Source of the DNA: Octopus vulgaris
Taxonomy: Eukaryota
Assembly: GCA_951406725.2 (NCBI GenBank)
Contig: OX597833.1
Coordinates: 28,210,001 to 28,274,000, forward strand
Direction of reading: 5' to 3'
Length of the DNA stretch: 64,000 nt
Shown here: in pieces, positions 1 through 12,865 of the stretch
Position numbering within the stretch: position 1 is the first letter of the stretch
How the letters are laid out: each line of letters begins with the position of its first letter
Position numbers and translations under genes: made by a program
Notes under the pieces: generated by a model
Database searches by the model: none
What the model saw: only the letters and a program-made list of their open reading frames with translations
What the model was told of the DNA's origin: nothing

Positions 1-505
1 CATCACAGCTTTTTGGATCCAGGCGAAACCATTATTGCAGAGAAGTACTGTCAGCAAATAGATAAAATACTGAAGAAACTCTGACAACAACAGCCAGCAT
101 TGGTCAATAGAAAAAGACCAATTCTTCTCTATGACAATGCTCGGCTGTACGTTGCACAACTGACCCCGCAGAAGTTGAACGAATTGGGCTACGAAACTCT
201 GCCTCATCCACCATACTCACCAGACCTCTTGCCTATCGACTACCACTTTTTCAAGTATCTCAACAACTTCCTGTGTGAGAAATGCTTCAAAAACCAAGAC
301 GATGCCAAACACACCTTCAACGACTTCATCGCCACCAAAAGGCAGGATTTTTATGCTACTGGCATAAATATTCTTGTTTCACGTTGGCAAAAGTGTGTTG
401 ATTTTGATGGTGTTTATTTCGATTAATAAAGTTTAGTTTGAGCCGAGACATGTGCAACTGAATTTAAAGGTTAAAAACCACAAGAACTTTCTAGACAACC
501 TAATA
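1..505 (+). mobile_element. mariner (SETMAR/Mos1-like) transposon 3' part, degraded
   Basis: ORF 100-426 has mariner motifs (LLYDNARL ~ HDNARPH, PHPPYSPDL, RWQKCVDFDGVYFD*); in-frame stop upstream; right TIR-like end ...ctagacaacctaata followed by TA. Confidence 0.9.
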
Positions 506-1444
506 TATGAAACTCTTCAGCCTCTGGAATCCAACTGAGAGCAAACACAGTATCCTTCCAGATAATATATACATCTGAACTCACTTCTACGTATATCGGT
601 GTGTGTGTGTGTGTGTGTGAATCATATATAGACACATGCATATATGACCATATACATAAATATACATACATACACATGCACACACACACATACATATATG
701 GATGGATAGATATATACACACATGCATGCATGGACAGACAGATGGATGGATGGATAGGTATTATGGTGATTTCACTATCTTTACAGATGATTGCTGTCTC
801 CTTGTGAATCATCATTGTCAATGAAATTTCTGACCTTCCATTCATGACTTTTCATATGAATTAATCAGTCTTGTTGCAAATCTGCATAGTTTGAAGCATA
901 GATGACAGATAAAAGTTGTAGTGTATTGTGCACTTGCAATTGGCTTGGTTGGCACACATTGTTGCTCCTCTATCATCATAGGATTCTCTGTAGATTGGAT
1001 GACAAATGAGGTCATCTGTATGTCATTGGATAAAGTGATAAATACTTCACATGATGAGTACCACTCCCTGCATCCCCGTGATTAGTACCTGGTGACAGGT
1101 TGAAGTGAGATGACTAATAATCATGTGAAACCACAGGTTTTACACCAGAATATCCCTTTCCTAAAAGGACGCTGTGACAACAGCTAGAGGTCCTTCACTC
1201 CTGGTAGTTATAGAAGTAAGATCACATTCATACAGATGTTAAATTTATTTCAACCATTTGAAGTATTTCAAATTTTCATTAGATGCTTTACAAATTTTCT
1301 ACCCTTACGTGGCTTTACATACTGATGACAAACATTGCATTCCATTTTCCTAGCAATTGATAATAAAGAAGTTTCAAGCATTTAAAGTTCTGCAATTTTA
1401 GCTAATCGAAAACTGCCATTACTGACATATCAAAAATCACAGCT

Positions 1445-1458
1445 GTCGTCATGGCAAC
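1445..1458. promoter_or_regulatory. RFX X-box-like motif
   Basis: GTCGTCATGGCAAC matches the palindromic X-box pattern; no associated gene identified. Confidence 0.25.
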
Positions 1459-2837
1459 ACATTTTTTCTGTAATAAAAGAAAATGCCGAGAATCTGTATC
1501 CATGAGAAAAGGCACAAAGTTAGAAGGGGGTACCCTTCCTCTTAGGAGTTCAATTTTGCTTTTAAGTTGCTAGGTACAACAATTAATTCTATTGGGAATA
1601 AAATTTTACAGTAATCTGTGTGGAGCATATTCACACAGTCAAGAGATACCAAGCTGCCACTTTCAGCATTGAACAGTGAACCACACACAACATTGAGTTT
1701 GTCAGCCTTCAAGACAGGACCCACACTCAAGAAGTAGAAAGTACTTGAGCCTATCTTAAGTGTGGAAACAAACAGCATTGTGGCACTCCTCCTCCTACAG
1801 TAGACTCATATTTCCATGAATTCATGTAGCAAAGTGTGACCTATTCGGAAAACTATTTGAATGTATTTTAAATACATAGCAAAAATTCGAGAATAAAAAT
1901 TCTGTCTCCAGTAAATACTTTTGAAAAAGAATTCAATGTTCAGCATGCAAAACCACATACATCAGTGTAGGAAATATGAAAAAAAGCTGGCAAAATTTGA
2001 AATACCTCAAGTGGTTGGAAGAAATTTAACAAGTTCCCTGAACTTTGTTAAGAACACACCCATATGCAGAAAAAAAAAACATAATATACATAATCACAGT
2101 TATTTTGTGCAAATGCATGTGCTCAGTTTGTCTATTTTCTTTACAGACAATTAACAAGATACATAACTCTGTCTTAATTTTTTTCTCTCAATGTACAGCA
2201 TATGCACAGACCAAACTAGTTTTGTCTCCATGTTCGTCAGCCAATTAAGCCACTCACTACAATTTACACATACTGCCATTAACATCATATGTCAAGTGGA
2301 AACAGAATATATGAAATCTCACTGTGGTTGTTCGACATTTAAAAGACACATTCCATACTTCGTAAACTTCAGTAGGATATATATATATATATATAGCAAG
2401 AGAGAGAGAATAGACACACACATGCACACACACATACACTCATACATATAGTTGATGTATGTGTGTCTATGTGTAAGTATGTGCTTGTCTATTTACATAG
2501 TCCTAAATAAACCTGTGTATTTCAACTTCTATCATTTTAGGTTTTACATTTATTATTTTCTGAAAAATTATACAATTTCTCTTTGAATTACATCCTCCTG
2601 TCTAATATATGTTTATATGTATCAATGAGCAAGAATAAAAACACCAGCTAGAAATAACTGGCACATGTTTCTCAAATCACATACTGCTGTCTTGTGTATG
2701 TGTATCTCAACAGCAATAACAATATTTACAAATAGAAACAACAGGTATATTTTCCTAAAATCACGCACTACTGTCTTATGTGTGTGTTTATCAATAATAA
2801 TAATAGTATTTACAAATATATATATATATATATATAT

Positions 2838-3253
2838 TCTCTTTACTCTTTCACATGTTTCAGTCATTTGATTGTGGTCATGCTGGAGCACAACCTTTAG
2901 TTGAGCAAATCAACCCCAGGACTTATTCTTCATAAGCCTAGCACTTATTCTATCGGTCACTTTTGCCAAACCGCTAAGTTACGGGGGTGTAAACACACCA
3001 GCATCGGTTGTCAAGCGATGTTGGGGGTACAAACACAGACACAAAAACCTATACACACATACATATATATATATACATATAAATATATACGATGAGCTTC
3101 TTTTCAGTTTCCGTCTACCAAATCCACTTACAAGGCTTTGGTCAGCCTGAGGCTATAGTAGAAGACACTTGCCTAAGGTGCCACGCAGTGGGACTGAACC
3201 CAGAACCATGTGGTTGGTAAGCAAGCTACTTACCACACACCCACTCCTGCACC
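2838..3253 (-). mobile_element. tRNA-derived composite SINE
   Basis: Reverse complement of the element at 57097 (A-box-like tgggtgtgtgg, B-box ggttcagtccc, shared body ccttgt.agtggatttggtagacggaaactgaaa). Confidence 0.8.
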
Positions 3254-3639
3254 TATATATATATATCATCATCATCGTTTAACATCTGCTTTCCATGCTG
3301 CCATGGGTTGGACAGTTTAACTGAAGACTGGCAAGCCAGATGGCTGCACCAGGCTCCAATCTGATCTGGCAGAGTTTCTACAGCTGGATGCCCTTCCTAA
3401 TGCCAACCACTCTGAGAGTGTAGCGGGTGCTTTTACATGCCACTGGCACAAGTGCCAATAATGTGACACTGGTAATATATATATATATATATATATAATA
3501 CTGAGGAAGGACCTGGTCTCTAACAAAGATACAAAACTCCATCATCAGAATGTAGATAAAGAAATTGTCACATTTTAAACCTGAGAAAAGTGTTGCATGT
3601 TTTTATTGTTTCACATGCAGATTGCATTTGTAATGTGCA

Positions 3640-4200
3640 AATCAGTTGGTTGATTTCCTTTTCTGAAATCCAAACTTATTTAGACTGTTTTGCCAAGCTT
3701 TTGCTAACAAAACAAGTTCACCAATTGGTGTAAATGTTAATTTATAATCTGGATATAGAAGCTGGAGGTTTTTGGAACTGCTTTTCATAATCATCTTCTT
3801 TCTCATTGATTTTCAAAGAGATATTCACATCAGCAGGACAGCTGACCTCTGTGATGCTACACACTTTTTGTCTGTTTCAAACAACAACATCCTGACTGTT
3901 ATGTTTACACTTGACAAATGTTTTGATGGGAATGTTCCACCAATACTTCTTGTGTTGATGTTTTTGTGTGTAGTCAATAACAGGAAGATTCTCTTCATTT
4001 ATTCCAAGACAGTCTTTTTTATGAATGGCATTGTATATTGCTTTTTGCAACAATTCTATGTTGCATAGGGAGGTAATACTTTGATGCCATTTTTGGGCAG
4101 CTGCTAATCATGTGTGATGTTTTCCACAGAAATATGACAATCTACATTTATGATTGCACCTTGAATTTCAAGGGCTTCATTGTCTCTCTTGTTTATGAGG
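3640..4200 (-). mobile_element. R4/NeSL-type non-LTR retrotransposon remnant (restriction-like endonuclease domain)
   Basis: Manual translation WWNIPIKTFVKCKHNSQDVVV*NRQKVCSITEVSCPADVNISLKINEKEDDY resembles the HNRPDI...IEVSCP.D.N...K..EK...Y RLE motif; stops and frameshifts. Confidence 0.65.
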
Positions 4201-4817
4201 TATTTAGTAGCATGCATCCATGTACATATGTATGTGTTGTGTGTGTGTGTGTGTGTGTGCGCGCACATGTGTGTGAATGTATGTATGGGCGCTACTGGTC
4301 ACATGCAACACAGTACAACCTGTTGCATGGTCAGATCACCAGTGACTAAACTGGCAACCCCATCAAGCTTGTTAGGTGAGGTGGGTGATTGTTGGACACC
4401 CTGCAGGATGAAAAATAGACCCGTCAAAGGGTGGAAGAGCTCATGAGCTGTCAACAGCCATATCCAACAATGTGTATATATACATATATTTATATGAGAG
4501 TATTGTAGTTCGCTGGGAGTGGGAGACCCCTCTGTTGTTGTCACATCTATCTAGGAGAGGGAGACTCTGAGAGAAAACCTGTAACACTGACAATATTCAA
4601 TGATGTAGACAAGTTTTTTTTGAGTTTATGTTGTCCATGTTTAGAGAGTGGGATTGGATTTGTGCAAATCCTTTCCCTATTATAAAAAAATCATCATGCC
4701 CAGGCATGCTTGAAAAAAAGTAAAACCTATCACAAAAATGGCTGGTCATAGTCTTTGATTAGGTGGTGATGAAACTCGAACATGAGTTTGCAGCCAGCCA
4801 TAATGTACATAAGTATG

Positions 4818-5375
4818 TATGTGGGCTGATCAATAAGTATCCGGACTGTTGCCATATTAATGGAGCTAAAGCATGAAGAGTAAAGCCACTTGGCACAGAT
4901 ATCAACCAGCAACTGCTGTGCTTATGCACTAAGTTTTAACATTTTAGCTTACTTGCACTGTTTACAACAGTGCCTAGAAGGAACATGTGTAGCGTGTCAT
5001 TGTTGCATCGACCATGACAGAGAATCTGCATCAAATCTTGACAAAAACTAGGTGATTCCTGCTCAAAAGCCTATGCAAAGTTTTCAAAAAGCTTTTATCA
5101 TTCTCAACACAGTCAAAAAGATCTTGTGCAACTGTAACTCGAGTGTCTTTTTGGTCTGCTGAAAGCAGTTTTGGCACAAACTTGGCAGATATGTGTATCA
5201 TACCCAAATCTTCATTGATAATGTACTGAACTGTAACTAATCTGCACATACTCTGATAACTCACAGATGGTGATTCAACAATTTCCCCTCACAGCTGCAA
5301 TGTTTTTCTCAGTTCTGCTGGTTGCAGGTCTCCCAGAATGTTTGACAATATTGACATTTTTTCAGCCATCCTGGA
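4818..5375. mobile_element. mariner remnant with internal inversion (same family as 57549-58791)
   Basis: Left TIR gggctgatcaataagtatccgga and 5' region on +; transposase segment (EDLGMIHISAKFVPKLLSADQK) on - at 5031-5264. Confidence 0.8.
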
Positions 5376-5394
5376 TAACGAGTACTTTTCAAAG

Positions 5395-6850
5395 TTTCTG
5401 CATCTCCCAATTATTATTTTTTTAGATAAGAATCTTGTTCATCAAAGCTTTTGAAGATTCTTCTCTTCTCTGCAGTGCACAGACCACATTTTACTTTCAG
5501 TTTAGTAGGGATAAGAGCTTTCTAAGATGTCTCATTTACTACTCCAGATGAAACTTTTTAACTTCCAAATGTAGTTGGCCACTTCCGTGGTGTTCTTTTT
5601 ACCTTTGTGCTTACAGAAGGATGTATGATTATATAATTTGTTTAAATTATTTGATTATTCAACCTGTGTAATGTATGTGTTTCTACTAAGTTCAATTGTC
5701 TTTTGCTCCTATATTGCAGGATTTATCTTGTGTCAGTTTTGATACTAGATATGTGCAATGTTTTCCATGTTTGATGTGCAACTATAGCTAATTTTAAGAT
5801 TGTATCTGTTAAAGATTTCTAGACAATCAGGAGGAAAATGCTTGTCAGTTAAAGTCTGTAGCTGTTTAGCTATTATGATGAGTAAAAAGTGAAACATTAA
5901 CCTTTTTTCATTTGTAGGAAGCAAGGTGTGAGTTGTGTAGATACTTCTCTCTTTGAATCTACAAGTTAGTAAGGTTTTATAGTATTAGGAGGCTACCTCA
6001 AATATTACCTTACTCAAGCAAAGATTGAACACCTTCTGCTAATATTGTAGATGAGATTCTTATACACTAATATGGTTTGCATGATCCTACATTAATAGAG
6101 GAATTTTTCATTTGGCTTCCATGTGTAACATTGAGGAAATCTTAAGTCAACTTTGCCTTTCATCTTTTCAGGGCTGCTGAAATTTACCCACCAGTTGAGC
6201 ATTTACCCACTCACCTGAAATTGCTGGTCTTGTGCCAAAATTTTAAATCATTATTAATATTCTACTGATTGATGCAAGCTTTTGGCATTCCTAATACAAT
6301 TGTTAACACTATTTAGAACTATGCTAGCTGGTCCAACCTCACATTCAGCAGGACTGATTAACCAACATTTACAGTTAAACATAAAATTTTTGGTCCCTAA
6401 TAGTTATAAATATTTGGCAGCTAAAAATCTTACCGAATATTTATAGTTTAAAATTATTTGCTGTTTCAAATCATTATTTGTGTTGGTGCATATTTCTCAG
6501 TAGTTTTGTTGAGAAGCTTTTTGTGGTGTCTTATCTAGATTTCTATATTTATGCATGCAAAATATAAATCTAGACTAGTGTAATACAAACACAATTTTGT
6601 AACTGTTCCTTGTTGTCAGTTTGCAATACTTGTGTGGAAAGCTGTTGGTTTTATAATGTCAAGAAGTGGTGAAAGCAGAAACACTGGCATTTTTTAAAAT
6701 TTCAATATTTTCTGTGTGCATTGCTATTTTATTGCCTTTCATATTGTCAAACTAAACTATGAGTGAATATTGTATTCATCTCTGTAACTGGTTCGGCTCT
6801 CTATGCTACTGCTGTTAGTTTTAATCAACTGATTCTGCTGATACCTTGTA
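5395..6850 (-). mobile_element. Penelope-like element RT/GIY-YIG remnant, interrupted by a SINE fragment
   Basis: Manual minus-strand translation gives LTDKHFPPDCLEIFNRYNLKISYSCTSNM and KNTTEVANYIWKLK...LCTAEKRRI, typical of the PLE linker and C-terminal GIY-YIG region; many stops; boundary beyond ~6060 less certain. Confidence 0.7.
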
Positions 6851-8280
6851 CTCCAATTAAACTGTCCTAGGGAAAGGCAGCAAGCTGGCAGAATCGTTAG
6901 CATGCTGGGCGAAACGCTTAGCAGTATTTCATCTGCCGTTACATTCTGAGTTCAAATTCCACCGAGGTCAACTTTGCCTTTCATCCTTTCGGGGTCGATA
7001 AATAAAGTATTAGTTACATACAGGGGTCCATATAATCAACTTAATCCTTTTGTCTGTCCCCTCTGTGTTTAGCCCCTTGTGGGCAATAAAGAAATAAGAA
7101 ACTGTCCAAGGGGTTTTTAAATTATGTAATAATTATATGTGATATATATAGCTGTACAGGCACAGACATAACTGTGTTTTGTCCCACTACATGGCATCTT
7201 GGGCAAGTGTTTTCTACTTTTTCCCCAGTCAACCAAATCTTTATGAGTGGATTTCATAGATGGAAACTGAAAGAAGCTTGTCATAAATATATATACTTGT
7301 GTACCCTTGTCTTGACATTATTGGATAGATGTAAACAAACATCATTGTCCTTCAAGAAATGTTGTTCATTTCCACTCTAGAGTACTGGGGTCAATTCATT
7401 CAACTAAAAAATTTAAGGTGGTACCCCAGCATGGCCACAGTCTAATAACTGAAACAAGTTCTAGAGGCACTGTGTGTTCCACCCACACAAACTTTTCACA
7501 CCCTTACCCCAACAAACCAAACTACATCTCTTCCTCATATTTCTTTTCATGCACTATGCTTATCTCTCACTCCCCAGTCCTGTCCTCACTGTATTATTGC
7601 TATCCCATAGTCTCTCACCCCCTTTATATACCTAGGTTTTCACCAGTCACTGCATTCCCCACCCCAACACTGTGCATCCATATGAAGTTTCTACTTCCTA
7701 GTCAATCATCTTTGGCAATACCCTGTTACTTATATGACCTCCATACCTTGAGGGTATGCCCTGGCACTTCACCACCATCTCTCCTGCTCTTCCCTCTGGC
7801 TGGGTAGTTACATACTCTCTCTTGCTGGCCAGGTAACCATGTACCTCCTCTACAGCAAGACAACTGTTTCTGTCACACTCTAACCTTTAATCATCTAGCA
7901 ATAAGATCACCTCCTCCAATTCCCCCTCCTCTCAAAAGTTCTTTGTCTTACAAGTTACTTGGTGACCCTGCCAGTGTTGGTGCCACATAAAAAGCACCCA
8001 GTCCACGGTATAAAATGATTTGCATCTGGAAGGGTATCCAGCTGTAAACACCATGCCAAAATTGACCTTGCTTGTGCTGGTGCCACATAAAAAGCATTCA
8101 GTCCACTTTGTGGGGTGGTCAGTGTTAGGAAGGGCATCCAGCTGTAGAAACCATGCCAAAACAGACACACAAGTCTAATGCAGTCTCCTGTCTGGCCAGC
8201 TCCTGTCAAACCATTCAACCTATGCCAGCATGGAAACTAGATGTTAAACAATGATGATGATATATACATACATATTTAAA

Positions 8281-8416
8281 AGTTTGATTCAGTTCTATGT
8301 GACTTCAAGTTTTGTGGGGACCCTTCTCTTTCGTGTTATGGTTTGAATCCAGAGCACAAGACAAGCTCCTGTTGGGAGCCGGTGAAACTTGAAGCCGCAC
8401 AGAACAGAAGCAAACT
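8281..8416. repeat. small fold-back element with degenerate hammerhead motif
   Basis: Imperfect inverted repeat 8281-8312 / 8385-8416; hairpin gctcc-tgttg-ggagc then GAAACTTGAAG(T/C)C; CUGANGA core eroded. Confidence 0.45.
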
Positions 8417-8480
8417 GTAACTCCTACTAAATGTGTTGAATACCCTTTTCTTGTTTATCCACTCACTCCCCTCTCTCTCT

Positions 8481-8516
<36 letters not shown>

Positions 8517-8527
8517 TATATAGAAGG

Positions 8528-8578
8528 AGCTTCTACAGGACTAGTACTGTTTCATTCAAGAGAAATCTTCAGGAAGCT
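8528..8578 (-). ncRNA. type I hammerhead ribozyme (left copy)
   Basis: Reverse complement of 12691-12741. Confidence 0.75.
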
Positions 8579-8982
8579 ATTTAACAAGAATTGTATTAGC
8601 ATTTATACATTTAGAGGAGTGGTGGTGGGGGACTTTTGGGGGTAGGCATAGCGCAAAATATCATACTTGGGGGAGTGGTCAAGGTAATAAAAAAATAAAA
8701 AAATAAAAAATAAAAAAATAAAAAGATAAAATAAAATAAAAATAAAAAATATAAAAAATATAAAAAATATAAAAAATATAAAAAATATATATAAAAAAAT
8801 ATATAAAAAAATATATATATAAAATATATATATAAAAAATATATATATAAAAAAGGGGGGATAGAGTTATAGGTAAATAAGGAGATTCTCACTTATACCT
8901 ATACACACATGTATACGTATCTACACACACATACGCACATACACATATATCTACACACACATACGCACATACACATATATCT

Positions 8983-9027
<45 letters not shown>

Positions 9028-9405
9028 CCTACACATACACACATACATACATACAAATATACATATACATATATATATATACAATCCAATACAGGCCCAT
9101 TCCCTAATTTTAATTTTATTATCTTCATTTATTACTTTTGTTATCTTTGATCGCTAAGGCTAAGAATCCTGGCAATAGCTGCTTGTCCATTTGTCTGTCT
9201 ACTAGAAGGCAAGTACTCATTCCCGCACGCACACTCATTAGCACGTACATTCACCCATTCGTACACTCATACACATACACGTACGCACGCGTTATATTCA
9301 TACATACAAACATCTACATACGTTCACGTATATACACATACGTACTCGTACCTACAGATTCGTGTCTACACTTTAGGAGGCTAGTCTATACATATACACC
9401 AATAA

Positions 9406-9437
<32 letters not shown>

Positions 9438-9488
9438 CCGCATATACATACACACACACACATATATACTCCTACATACAGATACATA

Positions 9489-9528
<40 letters not shown>

Positions 9529-9736
9529 TACATATATATATACATACATACACATACATACACATACACACATACACACACATACATACACATATATATA
9601 CATACACAAACATATATACACACACATATATATACATACACACATACACACATACATACGTATACATACCTACATACATCTATACATCCATACTTACATG
9701 CATTTATACGCATACACACACCCATCTATATATATG

Positions 9737-9767
<31 letters not shown>

Positions 9768-10046
9768 TCACACATACATATACAAATCTACGCACACACA
9801 TACATACATACACGTATACGCATACACGCACATACACATATACATGCGTACCCATACACGTGCACACACGCACGCGCATCCATATAAATACACACACACA
9901 CATATATATATACACGTGTGCAAGCATACATACATACTCATACGCGCACACATACTTACAAATACATATATGCACACACTTACACACATATATATACATA
10001 CACATATACATGCATACATACATATATGCATACATACACACACGCA

Positions 10047-10100
<54 letters not shown>

Positions 10101-11110
10101 CATAGACATATATACACATACATACACATACACATACGTACACACACATATACACATATATATATACATATATATATATATATACACATATACGCATACA
10201 TATATACACATATACATACATATACATACACACACACATAAATATATACATATACACTGATACACATACCCATACATACACATGCATATACTTATATTAC
10301 TACATACTCACATATATAGACATATATACATATACACACATACATATATACATGTACATACACATACGCATGCATATATATATATATATACATACATATA
10401 TATACACATATATATATATATATATATATACATACATACACACACACACACACATACATATACACATATACATGTATACATACGCAAAAATGATACGCAT
10501 ATATACACATACACACACACAGACAGATGCATATACATACATATATATATATACAAACTACATATCTATATAAATACATACATGATACACATATACACAC
10601 ACATATATATACATTCATGCATATACATATACAAGTATACATATGTTTGTGTATGTATACTTGTATGTATATGCATGAATGTATATATATGTGTGTGTAT
10701 ATGTGTATTATGTATGTATTTATATAGATATGTAGTTTATATATATATATATGTATGTATATGCATCTGTCTGTGTGTGTGTATGTGTATATATGCGTAT
10801 CATTTTTGCGTATGTATACATGTATATGTGTATATGTATGTGTGTGTGTGTGTGTGTATGTATGTATATATATATATATATATATATGTGTATATATATG
10901 TATGTATATATATATATATATGCATGCGTATGTGTATGTACATGTATATATGTATGTGTGTATATGTATATATGTCTATATATGTGAGTATGTAGTAATA
11001 TAAGTATATGCATGTGTATGTATGGGTATGTGTATCAGTGTATATGTATATATTTATGTGTGTGTGTATGTATATGTATGTATATGTGTATATATGTATG
11101 CGTATATGTG

Positions 11111-11145
<35 letters not shown>

Positions 11146-11224
11146 GTGTATATGTGTGTGTACGTATGTGTATGTGTATGTATGTGTATATATGTCTATG
11201 TATGTATATATATGTGTGTGTATA

Positions 11225-11262
<38 letters not shown>

Positions 11263-11537
11263 TGCGTGTGTGTATGTATGCATATATGTATGTATGCATG
11301 TATATGTGTATGTATATATATGTGTGTAAGTGTGTGCATATATGTATTTGTAAGTATGTGTGCGCGTATGAGTATGTATGTATGCTTGCACACGTGTATA
11401 TATATATGTGTGTGTGTGTATTTATATGGATGCGCGTGCGTGTGTGTGTATGGGTACGCATGTATATGTGTATGTGCGTGTATGCGTATACGTGTATGTA
11501 TGTATGTGTGTGCGTAGATTTGTATATGTATGTGTGA

Positions 11538-11576
<39 letters not shown>

Positions 11577-11778
11577 TATAGATGGGTGTGTGTATGCGTA
11601 TAAATGCATGTAAGTATGGATGTATAGATGTATGTAGGTATGTATACGTATGTATGTGTGTATGTGTGTATGTATATATATGTGTGTGTATATATGTTTG
11701 TGTATGTATATATATGTGTATGTATGTGTGTGTATGTGTGTATGTGTATGTATGTGTATGTATGTATATATATATGTA

Positions 11779-11818
<40 letters not shown>

Positions 11819-12281
11819 TATGTATCTGTATGTAGGAGTATATATGTGTGTGTGTGTATGTATATGCGGGTATATATATATATATATATATATGTATATT
11901 TATTGGTGTATATGTATAGACTAGCCTCCTAAAGTGTAGACACGAATCTGTAGGTACGAGTACGTATGTGTATATACGTGAACGTATGTAGATGTTTGTA
12001 TGTATGAATATAACGCGTGCGTACGTGTATGTGTATGAGTGTACGAATGGGTGAATGTACGTGCTAATGAGTGTGCGTGCGGGAATGAGTACTTGCCTTC
12101 TAGTAGACAGACAAATGGACAAGCAGCTATTGCCAGGATTCTTAGCCTTAGCGATCAAAGATAACAAAAGTAATAAATGAAGATAATAAAATTAAAATTA
12201 GGGAATGGGCCTGTATTGGATTGTATATATATATATGTATATGTATATTTGTATGTATGTATGTGTGTATGTGTAGGTATG

Positions 12282-12340
<59 letters not shown>

Positions 12341-12690
12341 AGATATATGTGTATGTGCGTATGTGTGTGTAGATACGTATACATGTGTGTATAGGTATAA
12401 GTGAGAATCTCCTTATTTACCTATAACTCTATCCCCCCCTTTTTTTATATATATATTTTTTATATATATATTTTATATATATATTTTTTTATATATATTT
12501 TTTATATTTTTTATATTTTTTATTTTTATTCTTTTATTTTATCTTTTTATTTTTTTATTTTTTATTTTTTTATTTTTTTATTACCTTGACCACTCCCCCA
12601 AGTATGATATTTTGCGCTATGCCTACCCCCAAAAAGTCCCCCACCACCACTCCTCTAAATGTATAAATGCTAATACAATTCTTGTTAAAT

Positions 12691-12741
12691 AGCTTCCTGA
12701 AGATTTCTCTTGAATGAAACAGTACTAGTCCTGTAGAAGCT
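12691..12741 (+). ncRNA. type I hammerhead ribozyme (right copy)
   Basis: AGCUUC | CUGAAGA | u UUC ucuu GAA u | GAAA CAG uacuaguc CUG UA | GAAGCU: 6-bp stem I, complete core, stems II and III, GUA cleavage triplet. Confidence 0.78.
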
Positions 12742-12822
12742 CCTTCTATATAATAAATTAATTTTACTCTGCTATGTATTGAGTACCTTACTTACTGTGG
12801 TTAACCCCGAATCAACCCGGGA

Positions 12823-12865
<43 letters not shown>

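Larger units (their letters stand above)
8511..12758. repeat. 4.25-kb palindrome (arms ~2.1 kb, 8-nt spacer 10644-10651), PLE-like fold-back element
   Basis: 8511-10643 is the reverse complement of 10652-12758, including the unique blocks (8511-8690 vs 12580-12758; 9080-9400 vs 11900-12225); the rest is (TA)/(CA)/(TACA) microsatellite. Confidence 0.95.

Noticed and set aside
850-1240. Possible RT fragment on minus (TYTDDLI-like)
   Set aside because: Too degraded to assign from the sequence alone
8889-12589. Dozens of long His/Thr/Tyr/Ile or Cys/Val/Met ORFs (up to 323 aa)
   Set aside because: Translations of (TA)/(CA)/(TACA) microsatellites, which lack stop codons; mirrored because of the palindrome
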